DNA of 32,952 nucleotides. Source: Catajapyx aquilonaris. Its lineage: Eukaryota. Below the pieces are notes generated by a model. The model was not told where the DNA came from, made no database searches, and worked only from the letters and a program-made list of their open reading frames with translations. Positions within the stretch are counted from its first letter, which is position 1, and each line of letters opens with the position of its first letter. The stretch lies in the NCBI GenBank assembly GCA_000934665.2, contig KZ538233.1, forward strand, positions 62,001-94,952, read 5' to 3'. Of the stretch, positions 11,504 to 25,074 are shown piece by piece. The position numbers and the translations under genes are program-made.

Positions 11504-14500
11504 AAAGTTTACCTCATGTTGGCCAATGCTACTCTCATCATTCCAAGTTTTATTAATATACTAATGGGCTGCGACACCCTATGGAGGTGACCACCACGCT
11601 CTGTGAATATTTATCACACAACCAGCCAGTTCCAACTGTAGCAATCTCTATACCCATATCAACACCGAAATGTGGCAATACCCCCTGCGGAACCTCGCCA
11701 CATTATACAACGTGTGAATGAAAATATCCCCGAATTAGCATGTTTAAATAATACTACCTTGTTGGAATCCAGTAAAAAAACTGGTGCTCCCAGCGGTAGG
11801 ACCGTATGCATTTTTCCCCTCCCTCCCCCGCCCACTCCATGACAAATAGCGACGGTGTTGCACTAAAACATTAGCATTCCCGATTGGGCACGCATGTCGC
11901 CCTTTGATGTTTTAATTAAGCAAGCCGTCGCTGAGTTGCGAGCGCCACCCTTTTCGTCTGCAAACTTGATGAAAAGAAGGGTTGGAACTGGAAGGGTTCT
12001 TTTTTTTTCTCCACCACTCGTAATTATTCCTTGTGAAAAGCGGTCTCCGTTTTCTATATGTTCCTAGAAAATTCCGGGGGAAGATCATTATCGAGTCATA
12101 TGAAAATCGGTGGAGGGAATGCCCTGGAATTTCGGAGCTACGTTGCCAATGCCCTATTCGCTCCAACCTCTTTCTTCTTGCAAGGTACACGATCGCTGGA
12201 AGGAAACGTGCTCTGCAATAGTGGCTGGGATATTGGGCCTCCAAGTCCTGCTCCTCGGATTTATATGGGGACCTGCTCTTTCCAAAAGGCACTGAATGTG
12301 TCGCGAATTGCATTTCTCCAGCTGCATTACGCACCACATGCACATCTTGACTTGCTGGGATGCGACCGAGAAATTTATTCATTGCAAGAGATTGCGACGT
12401 TTGCAACATAGCAAGTTGGTCAGCATTTTCTCCATAAGCAATAAATCATGAGAATCCACAAATGGCCAGTATGTGACAGCCACAGAGTGCAAAAATAAAT
12501 TATTCAAAATGTGGACGCAACAATAGTTTTCCTGGACAGCCACTCGCGCGTAATTCTGTCCAAACAAAGTTACATTTTCGAGTCCCGCAGGACGACTCGG
12601 GCATCACGAAGTCTGAAATACACAGTTGATCTCTATAAAATCCGACTTCCAGAGGCTGTTCTTATTGAAACGGGGGGAAAGCTCGAAGCAGGATCCACGA
12701 AAATGCATGCTGAATGGATATGTCTGCAGTCTAGTTGGAAAATATGGACAGTTTCCAAGAGTATCCCCGAGAGAACACTGCAGATCTCATCACTGTCCAA
12801 CTTGTTATCCTTGTCAAAAGGGCACTTCAGTTCGAACGATCCGTGCAGGGTACTCCTGCACGGATTTCAGTTAAATTCAACGTAACATATGTTACAACAG
12901 TATCTCCCTGTACAGGTTATTCATCAATAATGTTATTCGAAAGCAGCAAACTACATACAGGGTATATATACCAGTGCAAATCAATGGCTACACTATACCC
13001 CTGATCATGTCGATCCTCAATATTACAATCACCAACATTACAAAATAACTTGTTCCACCCAATACGCCCAGACATTTTAACACGGCCGATTTAATTTCAA
13101 CTTCTTTCGAACCACATGAACAGCAATTTCCAGCCAAATTATGATGGACAACGCTACATCTATGTAAGTGGCATCCGGTCACCCTGGATTTGCACTAAAA
13201 TTTTTACATTCGTATTACCTTTGTTTCGCATCCAGCCCCAAACTTCATAGGAATGAAAAACCATTACCATGCTTTTCCATTAGCTTCACTCCACATCACC
13301 TGTCCTCTATTCGAGTTATTTTTGTGCATAATATTGTTCACCACAGTACAATTATCCTGGATAACTACAACACGCCCAATCCCCAGATTTTGTTATCCAT
13401 ATACGGTACGTTATGTATAGTATGCAGTTCCGGATGCGTCACTAATTTTATTGCACTTATTATCACACTAAGAACCCCACATGCAGCAGGCAGTGGTCAA
13501 TAAGAGTGGAAAGTTCGGAGAACTCCCCAGTAGTAACATCCTTCAAATTTTCGACACCTAACCTTTGACATTTCCTCTCCAACGGCAACACAGAGGTACT
13601 GTACATGAATCCTTTTGACTTACACTCCGCAACCAAGCTGCTTATTTGCCCTTACTCAAATACGCACCACCGGTTTGGAAAGGTTCACCGAACCGCCTCT
13701 TGTGTAGCCGATGGCGGATTGTGCGGGTGCGGTGGCTCCTGAGGTAATTGTCTAAAGCACGGTTCGGCCTGCTGGAGGGGGAGGCGAAGAAGCCAATTAC
13801 GGCGAATCTAAGCCGGACGATATACAAAGTGAGTAAGAAGCGTGAGGACCGAAAGAGAGGCTGCAGACTCCCAACTATATCATGACGCGCCTTCATTACG
13901 CCTACCCTGTTAATTTGCTAAGGGCAATTAAAGTCTGGATGAACGAAGGGGAAATTATGACTAACTTCTCAACTCCTGTTAGCAAATCCTGAGAGGATCC
14001 TAACCAGCACTTTTTTCATGTGGTGAGTCTTACGTCATCTATGCTCAATTTTTCATGTGCGGGATATGTAAATAAGGGGACATCAAGTAGCTCTTGGGCT
14101 CTCTGGGAGTGTATACTTAATAGTTTAAAGTGCAGCGAATTGAAATATGCATTACAGCTGTGTTGGATTATTCACGGGAACACTGATTTAAAATGTCCGA
14201 GGTTGTTCTCCCGCTTCTCTTTAGCTGCTAAAATAATACGTGCTGGTTTGAAACAAGATCAACTATGTGTTCAAATACTATACCACATGGGGGTACAGCA
14301 GTAAATTTATACATCTAGGTTAATAATATCCCCAGGTTACTATCGATTCCACACACATCAGTTACGTATACCCGTCAGGAATGTTTCAAAATAACATTCT
14401 AGGAACTTGCCTAGAATGATATTAACATCACCATTCAGTTTAATCTCAATTAGAGAGCTGCTGCCATTATATGGCGTAAGAAGTTTCATCAGTAATCTGG

Positions 14501-17500
14501 ATGCGTAATTGCGTTTCTGTAACCAGCACGTTAGAGGCAAAAATTTCCTAAAAATTATTAAAGTAGAACCAGATTACATAACTCAATGTCTATATACGAA
14601 AACGTTTTATTCGTTTTCAAAAAATTAAAAAATCAAGAACTAAAGCACCAAGGCCGTTGCCAGGGGCCTGAAAGCTGGCATTGTGATAAGTAAGCCTACA
14701 TTCCAGAAGTCATTTCGTGCTTGATGAATCCTCCATAACTCAAACTTCCACATCTTGAAAGTTTCCCCCGCCGTACCTCAAACTTCCTGAGGACCCGATG
14801 AAGCCTCGAATTAGGCAACTTCGACTCTAGTACCTGCCCGGTACACCCCCATTGCATCCTCCTCCTAAAAGCCAATGCGCAATAGCACTGAAGGTTAAAG
14901 ACGAGACTTGACCCAGTGGCCAACCCTGCACTCACCGCAATATTGAAACAACCATCAACTTATCGATCCCCTCCTCCCTTCCCCGCCTTCCCCCATTGCC
15001 TCACCTGCTGCCACAAAGCCGGACTCAACCCGATACATTCTCCGCTAGTTCAACGGCAATTACCATCTCCATCAGGGTCCATCACTCCCTCCCCAAACAT
15101 GCGATTTTGCCCAAACGCCAGTCCTGTCCATTGCCTTATGTTTACAATACTATCTCCGCCGTAACTCCCACCTCCCAGCCTCCCCTCCTCCTCTTTCTTC
15201 CATTCATTGCAAAGAGCAATTTGGTTCGCACGGAGCACCACAGCACTGGAATGAGCTCTTTCCCGATATGCAAATAACCGCTGCCACATTAAGGGCGGGC
15301 AGAATGGGTCTGCAGCTCTGAAGCTCCCTCTCTACCCCCCGCATCCCCCCCCCCTCCTACTCTTCATTTTATTGACCTTATCGCAAACGGAAACGACTCT
15401 GGAAAGCAAGTTAAGGGAGGCTCCTTGCCTGCACAGGTTGCAGCCTAACCTCCAAGCCTTGAAAAACGTGCAATTTGTATACAACATTTTGTACAAGGCT
15501 GCTCTGATACCAGTTATACCTCTAAGCTACAGCATGAACTATAGTGTTCAACAATGGGAAGCTGGTCCTGTACCAAAAATGACTACAGTCGCAACATGGA
15601 GTCAGTAACCTATCGATGAACAGGACACTGTATTGAGATAATATCTTGCTGAAAAAGCTGCGAAGTGGGTTGAACAAGAGTACAGTGACAATGAAGTAAA
15701 ACCACTCGGATGAAAATTATTGTACTGCATACCTGACTGTAATGCATTTCCGTCTCTGTGTGATTTGGTTGAATAGTAGTCAGTAATTTGCTAAAATCTT
15801 CCCAATGGACTATCACGTTGGGAGCTTATTAAAGGCTTTTTCTCCTACACGTATCAACCGTCACAGTACTTCAAAGATTAACACCTCCAGGACGGTGGGA
15901 AATCCTAACCAAAGTCACGTATTGTGGTCTGAAAAGAACCAGGAACACGTTACCAATACCACATAATTTAATAACGCTCTGTAAGTTTTAAAAAAATCCA
16001 AAGCTTCAAAACTTTCAAATGGTATTTTATTAGGTGCAATTCAGGAACTCTTGCTCCAGGCGAAAATCTAGAATTACCACAGACAAAGTTTTCCTTAGAA
16101 CCCATAAGCTCTGCGTTCGAAATACGCTCGCAACAAAATTAAAGCGACCACAATTTCTCTCTTACAGTTAGTAGTACGTCAGAGTCGATTTTTTTTTTTT
16201 TTCTAGCTTCGCTAACACTACCTGCCAGCAAAAATTTTACGTAGATTATCTAGCCTGACTATAGACATGATGAACGACGATGGCATCCAGGCTCTCTAAA
16301 ACTCCTTTCAGTATGGCGATACGTGACTTTGACGCCACCTCTTTAGCCAGTTGGTTAGGCCAGACGTATATGTACTACAAGTATATCGCTCAAAAATATA
16401 CTGACACAAATACTGATGTCACCTATATCGAACAGTATGGATATTATTGGCGTAATATTTCCGTGCACCTGACCCATGCGGTTTTTCACAACAAAATGTA
16501 TTTCACAATATTGCGTGGCAAATAGTGACGAAAATACATCAACTTTGGGTGTACTACGTCAATAAAGAGTCTGTGGCACTAGAAAATTAATATCCCCGAC
16601 GTGAAACTATATGTCGCAAAATTACAGATAATCACCGGTCCAGTCCGCATGCAGCTGGGCTAATACTCATTGGCTGAAAGAAAATCTACCGCCGATGCAT
16701 GTGTATGCCAAGCGAAAATAACACGCCCTTGCGCTTTTCCGGCCACGCAACTTTGTCAACAGTCATGCTCCAGCCCAAAACGACGATCTGTTTGACGCAG
16801 TGTGCGGTCATCGTCAAGTTCATTAGGATTCCCGCTATACCAGCTGAAGTTGCCTTCGTGCTTTGTAGTCGTTGAGGCAGGATAAAGAGCGTACTTTACC
16901 CTGTAGTATGTGCCGATCCAGCCAAACACACAGCAAAAATTATCCCCCTCCATTTAACAGCTGAGCAACTAAATCAGCCACGGATATGCCCGGAATCATA
17001 ACATGTCACACTTTTTTTTTTAAACATGCATATGGGAGCTTCTCTGGGGAAATATTTCGGCACAACTCGCGACTAAAACCTCCCCTACGCTCGTTCATGC
17101 AGGAGGTTTTGCAGTAATAGCTGCTGGAACCTGATTACACGGCCTGGTTGCTGAGTGAAGGTTAATTATTTCCGAATTGATTCCTTCTCACTGCCACTGA
17201 AGAGCATATGAATAGTGCAATAGTTCTGAAATTATTCAATGGAAAATATTCCGTCGGTTCAACACATGTAAAACATCAATACTATATACCTGGGCAGTGC
17301 CATGCATGTCATGATCGTGCAGTGAAAGTGATGAATCCGTCAAACCAAACGCGGCACCGAAATTGACAGCTCCGCACAGTAATCACAGGTGGTTTAGGCT
17401 AATTCTGGCACCAGTGTAGCTTCTGAATTAAATATCCGCACATGGGCTATGTCTATGATTACACAGCATAAATTTGTGGTCCAGTATCAAAAGGCCACAT

Positions 17501-18639
17501 GTCCAAAAATATTTACATTCGATGCACATGCCACTTTGCTACTGGGAGTATGCTGAGTACTATTATTTGTAACATCCACAGGGTACATAAGCAGAAAGAA
17601 TAATGTCCAATGGTGGGTTTATTTTCAAAATTAGGGGCCGTCAAATCCTGGGTTCACTGCACTCATCCTAGGATGACTTTCATTCCACTACCATTATATC
17701 AGATGATCAAAATTCAGGTGACATACAAGTAATATTGACTGAAATGCCTGTGTCATTAATGTTCATTACATTATCAGCCCCTGCCTCATATGCATCCTGA
17801 ATTAGACTGGGAAGAATTTTGACTCTGCACAATATTAATTTTTAACTGAGGTGTGTCATATTTCAACCCTATTTTTATTGTGACTTCGGTCTCCTACATC
17901 ACTAATTATCCTTTTAAAGGGAAATGTTGCGATTTGTTTACTTTCTTAATTTTTAACATGAATTACAGCATGTATGCTTGTGAATCATTGAAAAATAGTG
18001 TAAAGTTTGTGGCGTAGGATTTTTATGATGCTTCATAAATATTCCCAAATGTTATTTTAAATTTCAAATTCAATCAGAGCCCTTTCAACTTTTACAAAAG
18101 AATTCAATGTTCCCACTTCTATTTGAGGTAATTTAACAAGGGGAGTGGTGACCTGAACTCCCACCTGTTTCTTCTCCAATGAATGAATAAGAACAGATAT
18201 AACTTAGAATTCCAGAAGCTCATTTTGTTCAATGATAATAAAAAGTTTGAATGTAACTTAGAGTCATATTTATAGCTGCCATTTATTCAATAAGTATTTT
18301 GCATTCGCACAATTCAAAAACGTTTCTGCCATACTTTGGCCTATTACCAGACCAGGCATAGTTTTACAAATTAGTGCCTGGCACAGCATGCCAAAAATCC
18401 TTGCTAAGCAGATACCAGAATGAAAAATAATATACCTAAACACATTTTCCCTGAAGTAATAAAAATGTCAGTAGCAAATTCCTCACATTTTATGAATGCC
18501 TAGTTCTCACCTCCATATATCCATGACTGCCATAGCTTTAATATCTAAATCACTGCTGTTTTTCCCCTGGAGTAAGTGTTCTCTTAATTGGCACAAACTA
18601 CTCCTTTTCACGGAAATAGCATATGTATTATGATCATTA

Positions 18640-18951
18640 GGGAGGCGGATGTTAAGGTCCTAGGTTCGATCCCAACCCGGGGACACCCCCTTCATCTTGT
18701 GCAGAGTTCAGGGTCACCTCTGGCTTCGTCTCGGGTGGTATTTCCACAGACTAAACCACCCGGGGGAGTTCACTAAAAATGGCCACGGATAAGACATTGC
18801 ATTGCACCTTGCACATCCCCTCCTGTCATCCTGCCCGGGGGCACGGGCGCTACGTAAAAAGGCTCAAATGTACTTGATATAATAAACAAAGATCCATGCT
18901 GCATACCCAGATGAGGTCAAGCACTACCCCGGATTATTATTATTATTATTA

Positions 18952-19009
<58 letters not shown>
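18640..19009 (+). mobile_element. tRNA-derived SINE-like element with (ATT)n tail; 5' end uncertain
   Basis: Pol III B-box-like GGTTCGATCCC at 18663-18673, ~260 bp GC-richer body within AT-rich flanks, ending in an (ATT)n tail. No clear A box or target-site duplication seen. Confidence 0.6.
18933..19009 (+). repeat. (ATT)n microsatellite, ~25 units with one ATC interruption
   Basis: Directly visible. Confidence 0.97.
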
Positions 19010-19809
19010 GTATTATGATAATTATGCACTGTACTGTAATACTGATTCAATGGTCAAGCTCTCCAAATTCTGAATTCTGACTGATACTAAAAGTCGGAAA
19101 GTCAGATATAATGGACTGATTCAAATTCAAGGACATATCTCTGTGCACGTCTGCACGGACGGGCATGAAACTTTGGCAGTTGAATATTGTCCTTACTACC
19201 ATGAGAGTCTGGCGCCTACTCTTTAAGGAGTAAAGAAAAATTTGACAGCAGCTAACCTCAGCAAGATGAGGCCAAAAAACCAATACACCATGTTCTCAAG
19301 AGTTAACAAAATAAATTATTGGGGTCATCTGAGTCCAAGCACTGAGACTCTTTATCTATATAGGAGAGTGAACTCAACTACATATTTCCTAGAGTAATGA
19401 GTGACTGTACAGTAGTATGTTAAATACAGAGGTCAAACTCATCAGGCTCTAAATCACTTGCAAACCAGTCTCAGTTATCAAATTCTATTTTGTGTTAAAT
19501 GTGACAGTGCATGTAAAATTTTCAAAATAACTTTCTGTCAATGACTCCAAATTACAGTTTACAGGCGCTCCGCTGCAACAGACTAACAGACTTTTAAAAA
19601 CGCCTTCAATACTGCAGAATTTACAGAAAAAAAGGCACTGCAGTTTCTCCATCATCTAAACTTTTTCCTCATTCTAGTAGATTTAAAATACCAGCAGTCC
19701 TCTTTATTTATGATGCACACCAGCACACGTATATCATGAAGCTAGTCTCCCCTTGCGTCTCCCAGAATTAATTTTTACAAAATATGGCCAAGATGGTTGC
19801 TGGGACTCA

Positions 19810-19911
<102 letters not shown>

Positions 19912-20447
19912 TCACACATTCTTGTGGTATAGTCTGAGGACGTAGAGAGAACAATGTGAGTACTTCAGCCAAGAACAAATGTTGGTCTTAGCTTTTAACT
20001 TTGCAAGGAAACTGACACTTTAAAAGCAAGCACACAATGCCAAGCAACAGTTTCTTGCAAGGCAACATGTTTCATATTGTTTCAGATAACATTATGCGAG
20101 AGTTACAAGGTTCTCTCTGTATATTTAGCATGATGAATGCGGATTCTTAGTTTCTAACCCTTTATCAACATTAATTTTGCCAGTGCAACTTGGCCGAGTG
20201 GAGTTTTTAAAAAGCAATTTATTACATTCCTGGATCTCTCACAGGAAGACTGCTGAGCATCATAGGCATTAATTTCAGAGCTAATTATTTTTGATATCCC
20301 ATTAATATACTGATATCATTGTTATTTCTCACGAAGCAATTAATCAGCAACATTACATTAATTAAATTTTTATTTTGCTTTTTTATCACATCAACGTACT
20401 GCGACCTTGTGATTCTCACATAAGATAAAGTCATGCCCCTACCTTAC

Positions 20448-20766
20448 CTATCATTGGGTATGAGATGGGACTAGATGCAACCTTTTTTTCCCCACTGACT
20501 GTGTAGTCCTCAGGGCACCATCATCCACCCAACTCACAAGACACAAGCACTGAGCAGCCAAAAAAAAAATCACTGGAGAGGGAAATGGAGCACTACACTC
20601 AGAACACTGCACTGCACGGAAAAAAACACTTGTAAACAGTCCTCCAAGTGAGAGCCACTTGCAAGTTAGCACACAGCACTTTGTACTCTTTTTTTTTTTT
20701 GCGTGTTGTATTATTAAGACACACCAACAGAGTCCGGGTCGGTAGACAGAGATGGGTCAGTTAGTC
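20448..20766 (-). other. Inferred non-coding 5' leader exon of the FAM135-family gene
   Basis: Acceptor taatactgtctcattctcctccag|G at 20766 and donor ATAG|gtaagg at 20448. No long ORF; lies between the CpG-rich region and the first coding exon. No transcript evidence. Confidence 0.55.
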
Positions 20767-21699
20767 CTGGAGGAGAATGAGACAGTATTAGACACTAGAA
20801 ACACAGGGAAATGTGCACACAGCCGTGACTAATAGTGGAATAGTCCCAGTGTTCATCAGACTCTTCAGGAAGGCAAGTGCAGCTAGAGAGAGAGTCAAGG
20901 CCTGGCAGCACTTTTGCTGGGCACTTGCCAGAAATCACTACAACTGTGTGTACAATCCATCATTTCCTGGTGATGTCAGTAATTTTGTGACGAAGTCAGT
21001 GCACTGTTGTGAGAATGTTTGCATCCAGCTATAAACTTGCACATAAAGTATTCAGCCACTGGGGATGTTTCGCTACCAAAAGGGAAAAAAACAAGCGCTG
21101 CAAAATTTATTTCAAGCACTTTCCCTGCAACATCTGATTAAACATGTCACGAATTTTGATTGATCCATACTGATATGATTCCGAGATATCCATAATGCTG
21201 TTACTAACTGGTTCTACCACTGTACGACAGTCACATAACCACTGTACTGTACATGACCACTGTGATTAAATAAAAATTTCTGCAAGCTTATTATACGTAT
21301 AGTATTTTACAAAATTGTATAGATAGCCTAATTTATTCTAAGAAGTTTGCAACTTATAAATGCAAAATTGGCTCCAATTCCTCCCACCCTGTGCACTTCC
21401 AGGAAAGTTGACAGGTTAAAAATGCAACCAAATATCTGTTCAAAAAAGGTAACAATCAAGTTTCTGTATTATTTTTTGGAGATTTAACTTTCCTAAGGTG
21501 TAGACTGCAAGGTGCACTGCAATGAACCACATTTTCAAATGTTTCCACCTGTACCTCAACCTGCTGTATGTCCATACCACACCTCCACCTGTAATATACC
21601 GCCTGTGGAGCTGTAGTACACACCCGGAGTAATGAGACCCCTTCCCCCATGCATGCCCCTTTTCCGTGGTAGTCCTGCACCTGTTCGATCCACCCTTCC

Positions 21700-22030
21700 A
21701 CTTGTGTCAAAAAATCACACCCTCCTGTCCGTCCTTCTCCATCCGCACTCACCAGCACAACAGCTGCTCGTGGTGGTGCTTCTGCTGCAGCAGTGCAAGT
21801 GCAGCTCCCCGGCGAGAGTCCTTCTGCAGCATCGGGGTGCTGCACCGACCTGGCCGGAGCGGGACCCGATCCCGCCCTCGTCCCCTCCGTCCCCGCCATC
21901 GCGCTCTGCCCCTCTCCCTCCCCCCGACGGACCCCCACCCCCCCACCAGACTTCGAACCGACGACTATCCCGACATCTGCAGGCCTCGACGGAAGGGCAA
22001 ACTGCGCGCCACATTTCAACCCATGTGTAG
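21700..22030 (-). promoter_or_regulatory. GC/CpG-rich island; probable promoter or first leader exon of the FAM135-family gene (donor CTG|gtgagt at 21753)
   Basis: Abrupt GC- and CpG-rich patch within CpG-poor flanks, ~2 kb upstream of the FAM135 ATG, with a consensus donor on the same strand. Confidence 0.55.
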
Positions 22031-22909
22031 TACCAGTGTTGGCCCAGGTGTATGCCAGGCAATGTTGCATGCATGTCCTGAAATATATTTTTTGGCACCA
22101 TCTCCCTTTGACACGATTTTAGCTCGATTCTTGTTGAACCCAACATGGATGGCACATGGATTTGAAAGAGTTGGACCAGTTGGACATACGGTAGCACAAT
22201 GTTATGGTTCCATCAGGTGTCCAATTTGTCACTTCTTCAGCCTGACAAGTTGCACAACGCCTATGGTAGTGATGCAGAAATTATTCTCTGTTCAAGTGTA
22301 CCATGAACTTGCAAACGATAAATCTTCGCCCACACTTGACGAGATCTGATAGTGAACTATACCATTTCAATCATTTCCTGTCAAACGGTTGGCTCACACA
22401 TAGTAACAACAGAAATGGCATTACACAAATACTGGTATATTTGGCAATAATACATTCTACGAAACAAGCACAATTTACTGAATCTTAACCATACTCAATT
22501 CACACAACATCAATCCATTCAAACTTGCATTTTATACCTGGTTATTGTAGTAATAGTCAGTTGCTGCTCTCACAAGCTCAATATTCCAACCTACATACCC
22601 TCCTTCATTACATTTTTCTCATTCTCTTTATACATATACTGTACTCATGGTTGTGTACATATCTATACAACACATTCATTAGAAAAAATTACATGTTACA
22701 ACCATAAAGTGGGAAGGAGATTCCTACTTTTTAAACACAGGAAAGCAGAAACTATATTCCCATAAAAAATTAATTGGTGAAAAAGGGGATACAAACTAGC
22801 AGCTCAAGTTGATATCTATTGCTTTTAACTTTCCTTACAATATTATGATCTGATGTGGAGGTTTAAGCATCACCAACAATTCTCTATAGTTGCCCTGTAC
22901 TTCCTTGTT

Positions 22910-23565
22910 TTTATTCCTGAGTGCCCATTGCTTTTCATTCATTAGCTGCAAAACTTGCAAAAAAAAATATTTTTTTTAGGAACAGTCCTGACTTGGACAC
23001 ATATCAAAACCAGCTGTTCTCACAGTAGAGTGGTCCTCCAACTTGACAAAATCCATTTAAAAAAGGTTAAAGAAATATTACAAACTAAGCACAAAATGTA
23101 ATGAGTAAATAAATGCACTATTGTGTGTTAAGTACCATCGAGAAAAAAAAAAATCATATTCCGATCGCTGCAAGTGAGTCAGGTACCACAACATGACCCT
23201 CACATTCCACTGTTACTGTCATTAACTGTCATAAATCATACTCCACATTTAGCTGCTGTACACATCTTCTAAATCCATTCCTGCTGCTTTGAATTACGTA
23301 TAGTAAACCTACAAAGTAAGCCCACACATGTGACACACAGGCGAGTATTGGAATGAGACCAACTACTGCAATCAGGATCCCCACACATGCTGCTCATAAC
23401 GATGATCATCTTTCCTAAAGGCTGTCCACCAATAGTTCGAGGTAGAACACTGACCACTGATCACTTCAAGTCTTGCTTTAAAAAAAATGGGGGGGAACCT
23501 GTCATAACCCACTCTCTCTCTCTCTCTGCCACAACTTCCTGTGGACTTCATGTCATGACTTTATT
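22910..23565 (-). terminator. Candidate polyadenylation signals of the raw-like gene (AATAAA at 23565-23560 and 22915-22910)
   Basis: AATAAA hexamers on the minus strand 1.4 and 2.0 kb after the stop, in AT-rich UTR-like sequence. Which one, if either, is used cannot be seen. Confidence 0.3.
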
Positions 23566-24936
23566 TGTAGTCTTCCCGTTTCCTTACTGGTGTGCTGTCT
23601 TTGTTACACTCATGTCTGCAAATACGTATAAAAAAGACTTGGGACGTAAATTACATTATTATATAATATGAGCACCAAACCTGCTCCCACGGTGGGTATT
23701 TTTTTACATCGCATTTAACCCATGTTAAATATGCGACGCCAGTCTTGGGTAGTCATTGCTATTGTTTGACAAATGCCTCTAACCAACAAGTGCAGTAGAC
23801 ATAGCAGTTACTGCACAACTGTAATCAAAATTGCTACCATGAACAACATATGATTTTTTCTTGATGTCTTGCTATTAAATAATACAAAATTGACATTTAT
23901 CTTCTGGCAGTTGCAAGTGACCTGACCATAACCATCCAAATGGGCATTTAATCATAATTACTATCAAGAAAGTAGAAGACTCCTTTCGCAATCCTGAATT
24001 CCTGATTAGCAGTAGCTTGCAGCAAGTTAAACTTTCAGGCACAATTCCCTGGGAATTTCTACAGCAGTATTAAACTATCCTGTCCCTGCCAGGTGATGGG
24101 ATTTGTTAAACAGAATGTTCCAGTGCAAGTCTGACCATCAGCACTGTGTAACGAATGAAACTTAGGCCTCCATGCCTTTCCAGTAGATGTAAAATTATGA
24201 TTGGTTTCAGAAAAAAACTACTTATAGAAACTGTTATTGTCAGCTCAACATAATGCATGTTCAAAAAAATATTTGGCTCACAGGCTCACACACAACTTAC
24301 AACACTGTACTCCAATCATATTAGTCAATCATTTAGTACTGCTTGTTAAGAATATTATTAAGGATATGATGATTTAGTGTTGTTTATATGGTTGACTTCA
24401 TTCACTTCCAGCAGTCACTTCAAGACTGGCAGACCATAAATACTGCGTCACTAGCAATTTCTGTACAAGTAATAGCATACTTCACTCCAAAAAAATATTA
24501 ATCCAATTCCTTTTGATTTTTAAAATATATGGGTCCTTATATTTTTAGCATGGCACCATCTCCTACTTTAATACTATTTGGCAACTGCTGCACTAACATC
24601 TAATTCTTCAATGACCAATGAGACTGACCTAGAAAACTGTACTGCAAATGGTAATACCAAGAATGCATTTGTCACTATTAATACAAGTCCCAGAAAAATT
24701 TGTTGTGCGAATGACCCAAGACTGGCAGTTACTCCGACTTCTAAAGAGCAACACCTTCACTAGTAATCTCAATGAGAACTCATCTCCAACCCTCTGCAAA
24801 ACTTTTGTTGTATCTTCACATGAAGAGATTACAACATTTTGGTTTTGACAAAAAACCAGCTGAGCTTGAAAAATATTCCAAACTTCACAAAAAATTGGCT
24901 GATCAAACCCCTTGGTAAGGTGGTCCCTCTTCCCTG

Positions 24937-25074
24937 CTATCGATTCTTGCACTTTTGAACCACACACTCTGCTGCTTCTGCAATGTCATCGAAGACAGGG
25001 ACACCCTCACGATTAGCCAAATCAGACAAATAAACTCGTCCACGGTTGTAATCCTTCAGGGCTTGCTTCGACAA
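24937..25074 (-). CDS. raw: raw-like terminal coding exon: LSKQALKDYNRGRVYLSDLANREGVPVFDDIAEAAECVVQKCKNR*
   Basis: Acceptor ttttctacag|TTG; stop TAG at 24939-24937. Aligns to the C-terminal part of repeat 1 (LQDLVERQGIPVFENI vs LSDLANREGVPVFDDI). Confidence 0.92.
   Translation of the reverse strand: MSKQALKDYNRGRVYLSDLANREGVPVFDDIAEAAECVVQKCKNR

Noticed and set aside
16897..16907. Partial matches to mature miRNA 5' ends (miR-10-like TACCCTGTAG here; miR-92-like ~13449; miR-133-like ~1511; miR-153-like ~31702)
   Set aside because: Matches stop after 9-11 nt and no star arm was evident; consistent with chance.
17075..17110. 9-bp inverted repeat AAAACCTCC / GGAGGTTTT with 18-nt loop
   Set aside because: Short enough to arise by chance; no Helitron CTRR end or other supporting context.
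18640..18690. tRNA gene suggested by GGTTCGATCCC
   Set aside because: No cloverleaf, A box or acceptor stem could be built; better explained as a SINE head.
912..19283. Numerous 60-167 aa ORFs in the track (e.g. 949-1383, 4356-4859, 11912-12409)
   Set aside because: No recognisable domains, overlapping on both strands, and no consistent splice-phase chain. Expected noise in intronic DNA.
21632..22349. Plus-strand ORFs of 109-227 aa over the GC-rich island
   Set aside because: Pro/Arg/Ser-rich translations typical of stop-poor GC-rich DNA, antisense to the inferred FAM135 leader.
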